Translations under genes and position numbers: made by a program | Source: an uncultured Acidobacteriaceae bacterium | Lineage (GTDB): Bacteria > Acidobacteriota > Terriglobia > Terriglobales > Acidobacteriaceae | Assembly: GCA_963821315.1 (NCBI GenBank) | Contig: CAWGDP010000009.1 | Location: 89,454-153,453 of the forward strand | Length of the DNA stretch: 64,000 nucleotides | Direction: 5' to 3' | In this document: one piece after another, positions 39,447 through 48,817 of the stretch | Layout of the letters: every line of letters begins with the position of its first letter | Position numbering within the stretch: the stretch's first letter is position 1 | The notes under the pieces: generated by a model | Database searches by the model: none | What the model saw: only the letters and a program-made list of their open reading frames with translations | What the model was told of the DNA's origin: nothing

Positions 39447-39640
39447 AGGGAATTCTCCAGACGCAAAAAGTCGTCCCGGATAGAATATCAAATTCGACCC
39501 GGCGCAGATACGGGGCCTGATACCTGCCAGGGGAAGGAACAGATAACCGCGTCCCTAAGTGGAACCCGGGATGGTCGTAAAGCTACACTTGTTTATGAAA
39601 CCAGAAGCGAAAATGCTTTAAAGAAGGTACCTGCTTGTTC

Positions 39641-40436
39641 ATGAAAGCTTCACTTAACCGGCTTCGCGGCAGGTCGATTCTTGATCCTAAGGCCGGCACT
39701 GCGGAGCAGCTATTTCTGGCGCCGCCGTTCACAGAAGAAGTGGCCGCTGCCATTCGTCTTATCTCCACCCGCCTGCCGCTCAAGGCCGACGAAACTTCCC
39801 GCTTGCTCTGGCAAAGGGAAAGCAATGCCGCCTCGGAAGCGGAGTACGAAGCCCTGCTGCCTCTCTTTGCAGCAGTCGATAAACCCAAGCGAGTTTTGGA
39901 GATCGGTCCAGGTTTTGGCCGGTCGGTGGTGTTCTTCAACAAGAAGGGGCTTTTACCGGGCAGCGAGATAAGTCTTTACGACGCCAACGGCACCAGTACC
40001 AAATACAAACAAAAATATTACGAGCATCCTCCGCAGTGGCCGGATACTTCTTCTTTCTGCGGCAACCTCTCACTGTTACAGACCATGCTGGACTACAACG
40101 GAGTCGCCGCCTACAAGATATTTGATGCCGCCGCACTGCCGCTCGTTGCATTGCCCGGACCCTATGACTTGATCTACGGGTTTTACAGTATCGGCTTCCA
40201 CTGGTCGCTGGAGTACTACCTTGACGACCTGGCGCCGCTGTTGCATGAACGCACCCTGTTGGTTTGTACGTTGAACAAGAACTTTCGTCCCTTTCCCCGG
40301 CTTGGAACAATTCTCCACCCGCATTCTCGAATGCCGCGAAGTGAAGAAGAATGCAACGCCCCTGCGCCTGCTGGTTTTGAGCAAAGGACCCCTGCCCAGT
40401 GTGGGCCGCTCCATGGCGGAAGCTTTTCCGCAATAA
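39641..40436 (+). pseudogene. class I SAM-dependent methyltransferase, frame-disrupted
   Basis: ORF 39635..40474, with the ATG at 39641. SAM motif I: RVLEIGPGFGRS. At the C4 run 40295-40298 the frame slips. Dropping one C gives ..NFRPFPGLEQFSTRILECREVKKNATPLRLLVLSKGPLPSVGRSMAEAFPQ*, with the stop at 40434-40436. That reads far more protein-like than the track tail. Confidence 0.65.
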
Positions 40437-40490
40437 GAATCGGCGAACAAAATCGCTACCTTAATTTCGTGTGAGAGCTCCACTTATGAA

Positions 40491-40642
40491 ATCAGTCCCG
40501 CAGGGACGGCTGAGAGTAGCCCAGCACGTAGTGCTGGGTACGATTTGAAAGGACGGATTAGCCCGGAGGGACTGGACGTGTTTTACGTACCCCACCCAGC
40601 ACTGCGTGCTGGGCTACTCTCAGCCGTCCCTGCGGGACTGAT
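40491..40642. repeat. palindromic REP element (same family as the 29.4-29.9 kb array)
   Basis: Left arm: atcagtcccgcagggacggctgagagtagcccagcacgtagtgctgggta. Right arm: cccacccagcactgcgtgctgggctactctcagccgtccctgcgggactgat. Confidence 0.85.
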
Positions 40643-40717
40643 TGCTGAACTAGTGGGGTCCAGTTCCTTCTTGTTCTTATCAAGTTCTGCCAGACCCGAG
40701 TTGCTATCATCAAACCT

Positions 40718-41440
40718 ATGTGCGGCCGTTATGTACGTAAGTCAACCCGGAGAGAGATCGCTGCCTGGTTCGGTGCGGACGACGACGATGGGCTGGAATG
40801 GAGCGTCAGCTATAACGTAGCCCCACAGACCTTCCAACCCGTGGTGCGCCTGAATCGCGACACAGGTATGCGCGAGATCGTCCTCATGCGTTGGGGATTG
40901 ATTCCTTACTGGTCCAAGGATGCGCGCATTGCCTACTCCACCATCAATGCCAAGGCCGAGACCGTGGCTACCGCCCCAGCTTTTCGCGAGGCGTTTAAGC
41001 GCCGCCGCTGCCTGGTGCCCGCGGACGCATTTTATGAGTGGCAGAAGCTGGACGCAAAACACAAGCAGCCATTCGCCATCGCGCTCTCCAGCCGCGAACC
41101 CTATGGCTTCGCTGGTCTGTGGGAACGCTGGAAAGATCCTGCCGGCGGCGAGTGGGTGGAGAGCTTCTCTATCATCACCACCGATCCCAACCAGGTCGTC
41201 GCCCCGCTGCACAATCGCATGCCGGTCATTATCGAGCGCAAGGATTATGCCCGCTGGCTGGGCAGCAGTGACCCGGCGCATCCGCCATTAGACCTGCTGC
41301 GGCCTTTTCCGGCAGAGCAAATGACCGCCTGGAAGGTAGATAAGGGAGTGGGAAATGTCCGCAACGATACGGCGCAGTTGCTGGAACAGGCCGGCCCCGT
41401 TGAGGTAAACTATCAGCTGCGCTGGGATGGCAAACCCTGA
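40718..41440 (+). CDS. SOS response-associated peptidase (SRAP/YedK family)
   Basis: ORF 40718..41440. It has the invariant N-terminal MCGRY, plus YNVAP, LMRWGLIPYW..D, INAKAET, RRCLVPADAFYEW and HNRMPVI. Confidence 0.9.
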   Translation: MCGRYVRKSTRREIAAWFGADDDDGLEWSVSYNVAPQTFQPVVRLNRDTGMREIVLMRWGLIPYWSKDARIAYSTINAKAETVATAPAFREAFKRRRCLVPADAFYEWQKLDAKHKQPFAIALSSREPYGFAGLWERWKDPAGGEWVESFSIITTDPNQVVAPLHNRMPVIIERKDYARWLGSSDPAHPPLDLLRPFPAEQMTAWKVDKGVGNVRNDTAQLLEQAGPVEVNYQLRWDGKP

Positions 41441-41853
41441 TTCGCCCGCTCGTCGCCGATGCACAACGGTGCGAATTTTTCCTGGGCGCTGCGTTCTCGT
41501 CCAGCACTTCCGACAACTCGCTCACTTAACACCGTCTTTGTCCGTTTGCCCTCGATCTGTGTTTCCGATGCGCAACAGGAGTGGATCGTCTAAGCTGCTA
41601 AAACGGGCTCAGTGCACAATAGATAACACACAAGGTTACGTAAACGAAAGTCGCAAGAAACACTGCCCTTTCTTGCTATGCGTAACCTGTAGAAATCGTT
41701 CATAAGATCTTGCGCGTTGCCCAATGTTGGTGCATACTTGGACTTAGTTAAGTCGTAACTATGACAGAAATAGTTATGTGTTGGAAGGGTTCCCTCCTCC
41801 CCGGTTGACCCTTCTTTTTGCCTCGGTTCCTCCCCCGGAATATGGAGATAGCT

Positions 41854-42117
41854 ATGAGTCCTCTTAGGAGACATGGCGGCGGACGTCCTCGCTCCGCCCA
41901 TTCCATCCTGGATATCGCAGAGCGTTGGGGTATATCGGAGAAAGCGGCTCGCCGTTTGGCAGCGCACAGGTTGAATGACGACACCATGGCCATCCTGGTG
42001 CGCGACAGCCAGCGTTATGCAGCCGTTCAGCGGCGCGAAATTCCCGTTCAGGGAAGATACACCGGCGGCCTGAGGGCTCTGGGCATGCGCAGCCGCATTC
42101 CCGCAGGCCGTGCATGA
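41854..42117 (+). CDS. small HTH DNA-binding protein (87 aa), phage regulatory or excisionase-like
   Basis: Within ORF 41818..42117. The ATG at 41854 has GGAGA 5 nt upstream. HTH-like segment: SILDIAERWGISEKAARRL. Confidence 0.5.
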   Translation: MSPLRRHGGGRPRSAHSILDIAERWGISEKAARRLAAHRLNDDTMAILVRDSQRYAAVQRREIPVQGRYTGGLRALGMRSRIPAGRA

Positions 42118-42512
42118 GCCGGTGCAAGAGGCCGGAGCCTCCCATCGTTTTGCCCGAACGAGAACGCAGGAAGGCCGTTCATGGCAGCAGAGCAGACCGG
42201 AAAGCCGAGCGGCAGCAGGTGAAGGATTGCGCCATGTCACGCTTCGGCCTGGAGGTGGGGAAGATGGTGCGGCAAAGCCTGATCCGCCGGGTGCAAAAGG
42301 GGGACGTGAAGTATGCCCGTAAACTTACTAACTCCCGCACTGTCATTGTGCTCGATTACGCGCGCGGCGAGTTAGCATTTCTTTACAGCAGCACGACCAA
42401 GGAAATTGTCAGTTTTCTGCCTGCCGATGCGCCGGAGATTGCAGACTGGCGTAACTCGCAAGCGGCGCCGCTGGCATTATTTCCGCGCGGGCCGGAGGGG
42501 GTGCACGAGTGA
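42114..42512 (+). CDS. hypothetical phage protein (132 aa)
   Basis: ORF 42114..42512. ATGA overlap with the preceding gene and GTGA overlap with dnaB. Confidence 0.5.
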   Translation: MSRCKRPEPPIVLPERERRKAVHGSRADRKAERQQVKDCAMSRFGLEVGKMVRQSLIRRVQKGDVKYARKLTNSRTVIVLDYARGELAFLYSSTTKEIVSFLPADAPEIADWRNSQAAPLALFPRGPEGVHE

Positions 42513-43837
42513 GCGCGCACACCATCCACGGCCTGCCCGCGAGCGTGGTGGCGGAGAAGGCCATTCTTGGCGCCATTTTGCTGAACAACGGCCATTACCA
42601 GGAAGCGGCCGGCCGTATCGCGGCCGCCGACTTCTCGCTCGATTCGCATCGTCGCCTCTTCTTGCGCATGGGCGAGCTGATGTGCGAAAGCAAGAGCGTC
42701 GACATTGTCACCCTGGCCGAGCAGTTACAGCGTAACAAGGAGCTGTCGGTGATCGGCGGAGTGGCCTATCTCGCCAGCCTTACCGAGGGCTTACCGCGGC
42801 GGCTATCGATCGAAGACTATGTTCGCATCGTGAAGGATAAGTCTCTTCTGCGGCAAACCATCGCCGAGAGTGACCGGGTAGGAACATTGGCCGGCGATCA
42901 GTCCGGCTCCGCCGAGGAGGTTTTGGCCGAAGCCGAATCTGCCTTCCGCAGGATTGCCGGCCAGGCCATTACCTCTGGCCTGACCTCGGTGGGTGAGTAC
43001 GTCAAAAGCCACTATCCGCGCATCGACGAGATCTTTGAACAGAGCGCCCGGCTTACCGGCATTGCCTCCGGTTTCTGGTGCCTGGATCATCTGACCGCCG
43101 GGTTTCAACCGAAGGAGTTGACCATCCTGGGCGCCCGGCCTTCTATCGGCAAGACCGCAGTGGCCGGCAACATTGCCGTGCATGTAGCGATGTCGGGCAA
43201 GACGGTGGCCTTCTTTAGTTTGGAGATGCCCAGCAAGGCGTTGATCGACCGCATGTGCTGTGCGCGGGGGCAGGTGGACTTACAAGCGCATCGCAACGGC
43301 CGGTTAAGCGCGGTGCAGAAGCAGTACTATCTGCGCGCGCTGGCCGAGATCATCGACGCACCGTTATATATCGACGACCAGCCGGCGCAGACCGCGGTGT
43401 CGATTGAAGCGAAGGCGGCCCGGCTGCAAGCCAGCGCCGGTCTTGACCTGGTGGTCGTTGACTATCTGGGATTGATGGCGGCGGAGCGCAAGGGCATGGA
43501 AAACCGCGAGCAGGTGGTTGCCGCCATCAGCCGTGCGATGAAGGGACTGGCCAAGCGGCTCAACGTGCCCGTGCTTCTGTTGTCGCAGTTGAACCGCGAA
43601 CTCTATAAGCGGGTGGACAAACGGCCGCTCCTCTCCGACCTGCGCGAGTCAGGAGCCATTGAGCAGGATGCGGATATGGTCCTATTTTTACATCGCGAGG
43701 AATACTACAACCGCGAAGATCCATCCCTGGCGGGAAAGGGCGAGCTGATCATCGCCAAGGCACGCAATGGTCCGCTGGGTACCGTGCGCCTGCTCTACGA
43801 CGCGCGCACCTGCAGATTTTCGAGTGAGCGGGAGTAG
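42509..43837 (+). CDS. dnaB: replicative DNA helicase DnaB
   Basis: ORF 42509..43837. N-terminus: EKAILGAILLNNGHYQEAAGRI. Walker A: GARPSIGKTAVAGNIA. Also LVVVDYLGLM and LLSQLNRELYKRVDKRPLLSDLRESGAIEQDADMVLFLHREEYY. Confidence 0.9.
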   Translation: MSAHTIHGLPASVVAEKAILGAILLNNGHYQEAAGRIAAADFSLDSHRRLFLRMGELMCESKSVDIVTLAEQLQRNKELSVIGGVAYLASLTEGLPRRLSIEDYVRIVKDKSLLRQTIAESDRVGTLAGDQSGSAEEVLAEAESAFRRIAGQAITSGLTSVGEYVKSHYPRIDEIFEQSARLTGIASGFWCLDHLTAGFQPKELTILGARPSIGKTAVAGNIAVHVAMSGKTVAFFSLEMPSKALIDRMCCARGQVDLQAHRNGRLSAVQKQYYLRALAEIIDAPLYIDDQPAQTAVSIEAKAARLQASAGLDLVVVDYLGLMAAERKGMENREQVVAAISRAMKGLAKRLNVPVLLLSQLNRELYKRVDKRPLLSDLRESGAIEQDADMVLFLHREEYYNREDPSLAGKGELIIAKARNGPLGTVRLLYDARTCRFSSERE

Positions 43838-43849
43838 CGCCTTCCGCGG

Positions 43850-44040
43850 CTAAAGCCGGAGGAGAATAGTCCGACGCGAACCGCTCGGCTTGAAAGCCGA
43901 GCTCCCCCGCATGAATGCGGGGGCTCCCACCATCGCGCTTTTTCTGGCAGTTGGTGGGAGCCCCCTGCTTCAGCAGGGGGAGCGACGCTTCAGCGTCGCG
44001 GAAAGAATCGCACTTCGATCCATCGGGCTTTAGCCCCGGC
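43850..44040. repeat. cluster of GC-rich hairpins between the convergent dnaB and terminase genes
   Basis: Hairpins: ggctaaagcc, cggcttgaaagccg, cccccgcatgaatgcggggg, ggtgggagccccctgcttcagcaggggga, gcgacgcttcagcgtcgc, gggctttagcccc. Confidence 0.7.
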
Positions 44041-44044
44041 TTCC

Positions 44045-45670
44045 TTAGAAGCGTCTCCCTCCGCGGCGCGGTCCTAATCCCATGCGCCCCGTCGTTCTTA
44101 TCGGCGCTTCCTCGCGATCGAGTTCCTCTTCCTTCTGCTGCCAGCGGATCGCGGCCGTGCCTACATCGAGCCCACGTACCGCGTCCTGCAGCATCAGCTG
44201 CCGCGGCTGCGTCGCCTGCTGGATGAAGGTGTACAACGCATAGCGCGTTTCGTCGGCAACGTCATCCAGCGGATCGCCGGCTATCTTGCGAATGTCCCCC
44301 GGCCTGCCGTCGTCATGCATGCGCGTGCGCAGGGCCTCGAAGCTGCGCGGACATACATCGGTAATCTCGAACTCGCCCGTGCGCAGCATGCGGTAGAGCA
44401 ACTGCCAGCCGCCCAGCCGGTCATTCGAGGCGCGCTCGCAGACGATATCCCACGGCTCAAAGACCTCGTTGATCTGGTCGGCAATGGTATGGCCGTCGCC
44501 AATCTCCTTGAAGTTAGCCGGGTCAAGATAGGCAGCCACGATGCGCCGCCGCACTCCGTTTTCTGCGGGTCGTATAAACGCATCCACCACCATCTGCGCC
44601 AGCTCATACGCCGGCACATGCGGCACCACCAGCTCCCCGATCTTGCGGATGCGCCCGTCGGGAAACTCCGGGCCGTCTTGCTGCTGCAATCGCTGCGAAT
44701 CGATGCCGGGGATGGTTATGTTCTGCCGCAACTCCGCCGGCCCGCGGACATACAGCCCTACCGAAGAAGAGGATTTGCCATAACCATAATCGATCGAGAG
44801 GAAGTGGTTGTGCCACCACTCCACACCCGCCTCGGCCAGCGGGCGCACCAGGCCTGCATGCATAAAAGGGAAGTAGGCGCCTTCCAGCGTGCACCAGCAG
44901 CCCTGCTCCATGGCCGCTGCCGCACCCCCTGACATCATGTGCAGGCGCTTGGAGTAGTTGGCGTCTAACAGAGTGTGATCGGAGAGCTTGCCGGGAATAA
45001 AGGCAACGGAGAAGGGAATGACCTCGCCATCCGAGGGCCAGCAGCGGTCGCGGTAGAGTTGGCCGGGTTGCGCCGCGTCGCGCCCGTTGTGTACCGGGCA
45101 GTGGCCGCGCAGAAAGAGCGTCTGGTGCCAGGCGGCGCCGACGTTGCCGGGGTTTGAGGTGAGCCGCATGCGCAGCCGCAGGGAGGGGTCGGTCGAGCTC
45201 AACCGGCCCAGAATATTGCGCACCTGTTTTTCTGTGTGCAGCGTCGACTCATCAAAGCCGATGAAGGAATACCGCGGCCCCAGGTACTTCCACACGTCGT
45301 CGTCCGTCTTCATGTAAGCGAAGCGGATCGTGGCTCCGGAAGGAAAACTCCAGGTCCACTTAGGAGAACCCACAAAGACGCCGCCCAGGGGCGCATAGAG
45401 CCGGCGGGTCTTGTCGATAATATCCGTCATCTCCACGAACGAGGAGCGGAAGACGATGGCCCGGAGGTTGGGGTTCTCGTGCTCTTGCACCGCGTCCATC
45501 AACATGGTCTCGGTCTTGAGCGAGCCCGCGGATCCCCCGAAGAGCAGGATGTCCGCTTCTGAATCGAGCGCGGCGTGTTGCGCGGCGGTGGCCGGCATCC
45601 AGCGATAAGGGGTCTCCTCATCGGTAGCCGGTGGAGGCTTCAATTGGCTCGTGGCGGGCGGGCCATCCAT
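44045..45670 (-). CDS. phage terminase large subunit
   Basis: ORF 44045..45670, 541 aa. Walker A-like: LLFGGSAGSLKTE. Walker B: YSFIGFDEST. It has a C-terminal nuclease-like half and sits at the 3' end of the late block. Confidence 0.8.
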   Translation of the reverse strand: MDGPPATSQLKPPPATDEETPYRWMPATAAQHAALDSEADILLFGGSAGSLKTETMLMDAVQEHENPNLRAIVFRSSFVEMTDIIDKTRRLYAPLGGVFVGSPKWTWSFPSGATIRFAYMKTDDDVWKYLGPRYSFIGFDESTLHTEKQVRNILGRLSSTDPSLRLRMRLTSNPGNVGAAWHQTLFLRGHCPVHNGRDAAQPGQLYRDRCWPSDGEVIPFSVAFIPGKLSDHTLLDANYSKRLHMMSGGAAAAMEQGCWCTLEGAYFPFMHAGLVRPLAEAGVEWWHNHFLSIDYGYGKSSSSVGLYVRGPAELRQNITIPGIDSQRLQQQDGPEFPDGRIRKIGELVVPHVPAYELAQMVVDAFIRPAENGVRRRIVAAYLDPANFKEIGDGHTIADQINEVFEPWDIVCERASNDRLGGWQLLYRMLRTGEFEITDVCPRSFEALRTRMHDDGRPGDIRKIAGDPLDDVADETRYALYTFIQQATQPRQLMLQDAVRGLDVGTAAIRWQQKEEELDREEAPIRTTGRMGLGPRRGGRRF

Positions 45671-45852
45671 GCCGACCGATAGATCTCGGGTGCGGGGAGC
45701 GGTTTGGTTGCATCTTTATTCGGCGTGAGGCGCAACTCTTCGCACAGGGTATCGAGCGCGTGCAGTTGCCCGGTGATGCTTCCTTTGGTGGTCTCCGGGG
45801 AGAGGTTAGCCAGCTCCCAATATTTGGCCAGGATCTGGTCGCGGTCGATCAT
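45640..45852 (-). CDS. hypothetical phage protein (70 aa), possible small terminase subunit
   Basis: ORF 45640..45852 lies immediately upstream of the large terminase and overlaps it by 31 nt. The call is based on position only. Confidence 0.35.
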   Translation of the reverse strand: MIDRDQILAKYWELANLSPETTKGSITGQLHALDTLCEELRLTPNKDATKPLPAPEIYRSAWMARPPRAN

Positions 45853-45915
45853 GGTTTTCTCCTTCGGCCTGGCGGCATGTCGCTTTGCCCGGCCATTCGT
45901 GTAATATTTGGTTCC

Positions 45916-46035
45916 ATGGGAAGCAAAGACAAAGGCAAGAAGGAAACCAAGAAGGCACCCAAGCCCAAACCCAAAGTAGAACCCGGACGCAAGCGCGGGG
46001 AAGACACCCGCCTCGGTGGTCCGCCGAAGAGCTGA
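45916..46035 (+). CDS. possible tiny lysine-rich peptide (39 aa)
   Basis: ATG at 45916 inside track ORF 45631..46035: MGSKDKGKKETKKAPKPKPKVEPGRKRGEDTRLGGPPKS. A taatat is present upstream. Weak evidence. Confidence 0.25.
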   Translation: MGSKDKGKKETKKAPKPKPKVEPGRKRGEDTRLGGPPKS

Positions 46036-46111
46036 TCACGAGCTAACGGGACGAAGGGCACGGCTTCAGCCATGCCGCACTGGGCGCTAGCTTACGAGCG
46101 GCTTTGCTGTC

Positions 46112-46323
46112 TCCGAAAAACTCACTTAACGAAGGGCACGGCTTTAGCCGTGCCGTAAAAAGCTGCAGCAATGAGGGCTTTAGCCCCTGAGGTCCGCTTT
46201 TCCACGCTTGTACCTGCGCGGAAATTACCGTGAAAAACGTACCTCAGCGGCTAAAGCCGCCCCCGCGCGGTACATTTACGGCACGGCTGAAGCCGTACCC
46301 TTCGTACAAAGCGTTTCTCCGCA
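46112..46323. repeat. MITE-like ~210-bp palindromic element, copy 2, plus a solo end-hairpin at 46050..46078
   Basis: It aligns along its whole length with 10217..10425 (acgaagggcacggctttagccgtgccgtaaaaag...tttacggcacggctgaagccgt.cccttcgtacaaag). Confidence 0.8.
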
Positions 46324-46369
46324 GCCTGTAGGCCCTGGAGGTACGTCTTTCACCTTTTCTGCAGCATGG

Positions 46370-47329
46370 TTAAGACCCGCGCAGGTCTTTGTGACGCACG
46401 GTAACGTTCCTTCCGTCCTCCGTGCGCACGCGCGCGATCCGCATATTCGGATCCACATAGACGACCTTGGCCAGAACGCCGCTGGCTAACCGGACCCTCG
46501 CCCCTTTCACCACCGGACCCTTCACCACTCGACCCCCAGCCTCATTTCTGGAGTTAAATCGCTTCATAGCAGAATCGTTGATGGCCCTCGCGGCCGCCCG
46601 TGCCTGATCGGCGGTCCTGCCCGAGAGCTCCGCGTTGCGCACCGTCTTGTAATCGTGGTGCTCCTGCCGGTTCGCCTCCAGCACTTCCTGGGGAACGATC
46701 TGCAGCTCCTCAGACGATCCATTGGGCATCTGCAGCTGCAGGGAGTAGCTGCGGTAACGGTACTCCGGATCACCGAAGGTGAAGTTGTCCTGCTGCCGCA
46801 ACACTGGGAAATTCCGTTTCACCGCCGCCACGACAGCATCTTTTGCTTCCGGCGAGGCGACCGCGATCTGGGCCGCGCCGTAGTCGCTCACCGTCTCCGC
46901 GGGTTGGCCTTGGCCGGCAATTTTTTCCGCCAGGCGTGCCGGATTTTTGGCATCGCGGCTGGCCGAAAGACGGGCGCCGGGAATGTGCCGGATCGCCTGC
47001 AACAGACGGACCTTGTACGCCGGCATGGCTTCGGTGGCTAACGCCTGGTTGATGGCAGGGTTATCCGTTGGCTGCACGATCTTGCGTCCCGAATCGGGTT
47101 CCACGGCGCCCACCGCCTGCGGACGCACAATCATTTGCTGCATGCCGGCCAGCAATTGTGGCTCACGTGCCGTTTTGCGGGCTGCCGCCGTAGCACGCGC
47201 GCCAACGGTATCCGTAACTGTTTCAAACCCCAGGTCGGCAAGCGAGCGAGGGTTTTTCTGCGCCGCAGAAGTTACGGGTTCAAAGCCAAGCGTATCGAGC
47301 GGATGTGCGGCCATAGGTACATGCACCAA
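46370..47329 (-). CDS. phage protein with a possible RelA/SpoT-like nucleotidyltransferase-fold region (319 aa)
   Basis: ORF 46370..47329. The segment ARLSASRDAKNPARLAEKI..VSDYGAAQIAV..EYRYRSYSLQLQMPNGSSEELQIVPQEVLEANRQEHHDYK follows the order of RelA_SpoT landmarks as I recall them (R.K......K / D.aG.RI / GYrS.Hl / vEiQirT / eH..YK). Several canonical residues are substituted. Confidence 0.35.
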   Translation of the reverse strand: MVHVPMAAHPLDTLGFEPVTSAAQKNPRSLADLGFETVTDTVGARATAAARKTAREPQLLAGMQQMIVRPQAVGAVEPDSGRKIVQPTDNPAINQALATEAMPAYKVRLLQAIRHIPGARLSASRDAKNPARLAEKIAGQGQPAETVSDYGAAQIAVASPEAKDAVVAAVKRNFPVLRQQDNFTFGDPEYRYRSYSLQLQMPNGSSEELQIVPQEVLEANRQEHHDYKTVRNAELSGRTADQARAAARAINDSAMKRFNSRNEAGGRVVKGPVVKGARVRLASGVLAKVVYVDPNMRIARVRTEDGRNVTVRHKDLRGS

Positions 47330-47425
47330 AGGGTTGCCTGGAACGAAAAGACTGAAAACGGCCGAAACCTCTCCGCCGAGGCCGGGTTAGCACTGTATGT
47401 AAGGTCGCTGTAAGGAGAGAGAACG

Positions 47426-47761
47426 ATGAAAACCAAATGGATAGCTAGCTTGATCTTGGCTTCGGCACTTACGGCTCCAGCCTTTGCCGGAGTCGGCGTA
47501 TACATCGGTGCTGCTCCGCCGCCGCTGCGCTACGAGGTGCGGCCTCCTATGCCCGGTCCAGGCTATGCCTGGGTCGATGGCTCCTGGTTTTGGGGTGGAG
47601 GAAGGTATCAATGGAGGCCCGGAGTGTGGCAAAGGCCACCCTATGCCGGTGCTTATTGGGCTCATCCTCACTACGATCACTACCAGCAGGGCTGGGCCTA
47701 CCACCAAGGTTATTGGGGCCATGATGACCATGGTGACCACCACGACTGGGGACACCGCTAA
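47426..47761 (+). CDS. secreted YXWGXW-repeat, His-rich protein (111 aa)
   Basis: ORF 47426..47761. Signal peptide: MKTKWIASLILASALTAPAFA. Repeats: YAWVDGSWFW and YQWRPGVWQ. His-rich tail: GHDDHGDHHDWGHR. Confidence 0.7.
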   Translation: MKTKWIASLILASALTAPAFAGVGVYIGAAPPPLRYEVRPPMPGPGYAWVDGSWFWGGGRYQWRPGVWQRPPYAGAYWAHPHYDHYQQGWAYHQGYWGHDDHGDHHDWGHR

Positions 47762-47777
47762 GCCACAAGGTGCACAA

Positions 47778-47812
47778 CAGAGGCCCGGCCGAAACGTCGG
47801 GCCTCTGTTGCC
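47778..47812. terminator. stem-loop between convergent genes (bidirectional terminator candidate)
   Basis: acagaggcccg (47778-47788) pairs with cgggcctctgt (47799-47809) around a 10-nt loop, followed by tgcctt. Confidence 0.55.
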
Positions 47813-47831
47813 TTAAACGGTACATTTTCCC

Positions 47832-48251
47832 TCACGCCTCATCCAACACTTTAAGGTTGCCGTCGATCTGCCGCGCTGCATGAAGATTCGCCTTGGGCAA
47901 ATAACCGACCTGACCCTTCGAGGAAACCTTTATGTACAGGGGATCGCCGCTTCGGTCGGCTGCTTCTGCTTTCGCAGCGGGTGCGGTGGCGAAGTATCCT
48001 GCCAGCCCGCCTCTTACCAAAGTAACCTTCTCGGGCTTCACGTCCTCGGGAGCTCGCGAAGGGGTGGCCTGCGAGGGCGCCTTAGCCAGGCTACCCGTCA
48101 GTGGAGTGGATTCTCCCGGTCCGCTCTGGGGAGGGTGATGGGGCGGCGGTAGCACCAGGCTCTGTGCCTCGGCCGGGGACAGGATCTGCCTGAGCAGCCT
48201 GCTGGCTTCGTCATTATCCAAAGCATCCCTGTAATCCTGAGCATCTGTCAT
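47832..48251 (-). CDS. hypothetical phage protein (139 aa)
   Basis: ORF 47832..48251, 2 nt downstream of the preceding gene's stop. Confidence 0.5.
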   Translation of the reverse strand: MTDAQDYRDALDNDEASRLLRQILSPAEAQSLVLPPPHHPPQSGPGESTPLTGSLAKAPSQATPSRAPEDVKPEKVTLVRGGLAGYFATAPAAKAEAADRSGDPLYIKVSSKGQVGYLPKANLHAARQIDGNLKVLDEA

Positions 48252-48253
48252 GG

Positions 48254-48817
48254 TTACAGTTTTCCAACCTTGCCGAGATTGCCGGCCACGCTACTGCCCA
48301 CTTCATCCCAGAAGCTGGGCGTTTTGGCCGCTTGTGTTTCATTGCCCAGGGTGCTATCCGCCGCATTCGAAGACCCACCGTAGAGGGACTCATTGGCGCT
48401 GATAGGTTCGGCCGACGCGCCCAGAGCCGCCTGGTTGTAACCAGCTTCACTCGAGATGCGCTGCTGCTGTGCATTGGCCAGGCTGCTCGACAGATTGCGG
48501 GTGTTCTGCTGCGCCGCGGCAGCCGCGGTCGCGGCATCGGCGGCGCTGTTTTGGCCCGTCCGCAGAGCCTGCGATTGCAGCGCTCCCTGGAGCGAATTCG
48601 AGCCCGCGTCGGATACATTGGCCAGTCCAGTGTTGATGGTCTGATCGTATTCGCCGCCCGGCGTATAAGGATTGCCCGAGACGAATTTTGCCAATTGGTT
48701 GTTGTAGTTGCCGATGGCATTTTCCGTCGAGCCGAAGGCCGACTGAGCATTGCCAAAGTCGGTAGCGTTCTCGTTCGATGCGGTGTTGAATGCTTGCGTG
48801 GATTGCCCTCTACTCAT
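48254..48817 (-). CDS. hypothetical phage protein, Ala/Gln/Asn/Ser-rich (187 aa)
   Basis: ORF 48254..48817. Low-complexity and helical. Probably a virion-internal or tail-associated protein, judged by position only. Confidence 0.5.
   Translation of the reverse strand: MSRGQSTQAFNTASNENATDFGNAQSAFGSTENAIGNYNNQLAKFVSGNPYTPGGEYDQTINTGLANVSDAGSNSLQGALQSQALRTGQNSAADAATAAAAAQQNTRNLSSSLANAQQQRISSEAGYNQAALGASAEPISANESLYGGSSNAADSTLGNETQAAKTPSFWDEVGSSVAGNLGKVGKL

Noticed and set aside
41440-41860. Search for the prophage left boundary (att site, tRNA, integrase)
   Set aside because: I found only an AT-richer stretch with small hairpins (e.g. gcaagaaa-N8-tttcttgc at 41653-41676). There is no tRNA, no integrase and no repeat matching the right part of the window, so I do not call precise boundaries or an att site.
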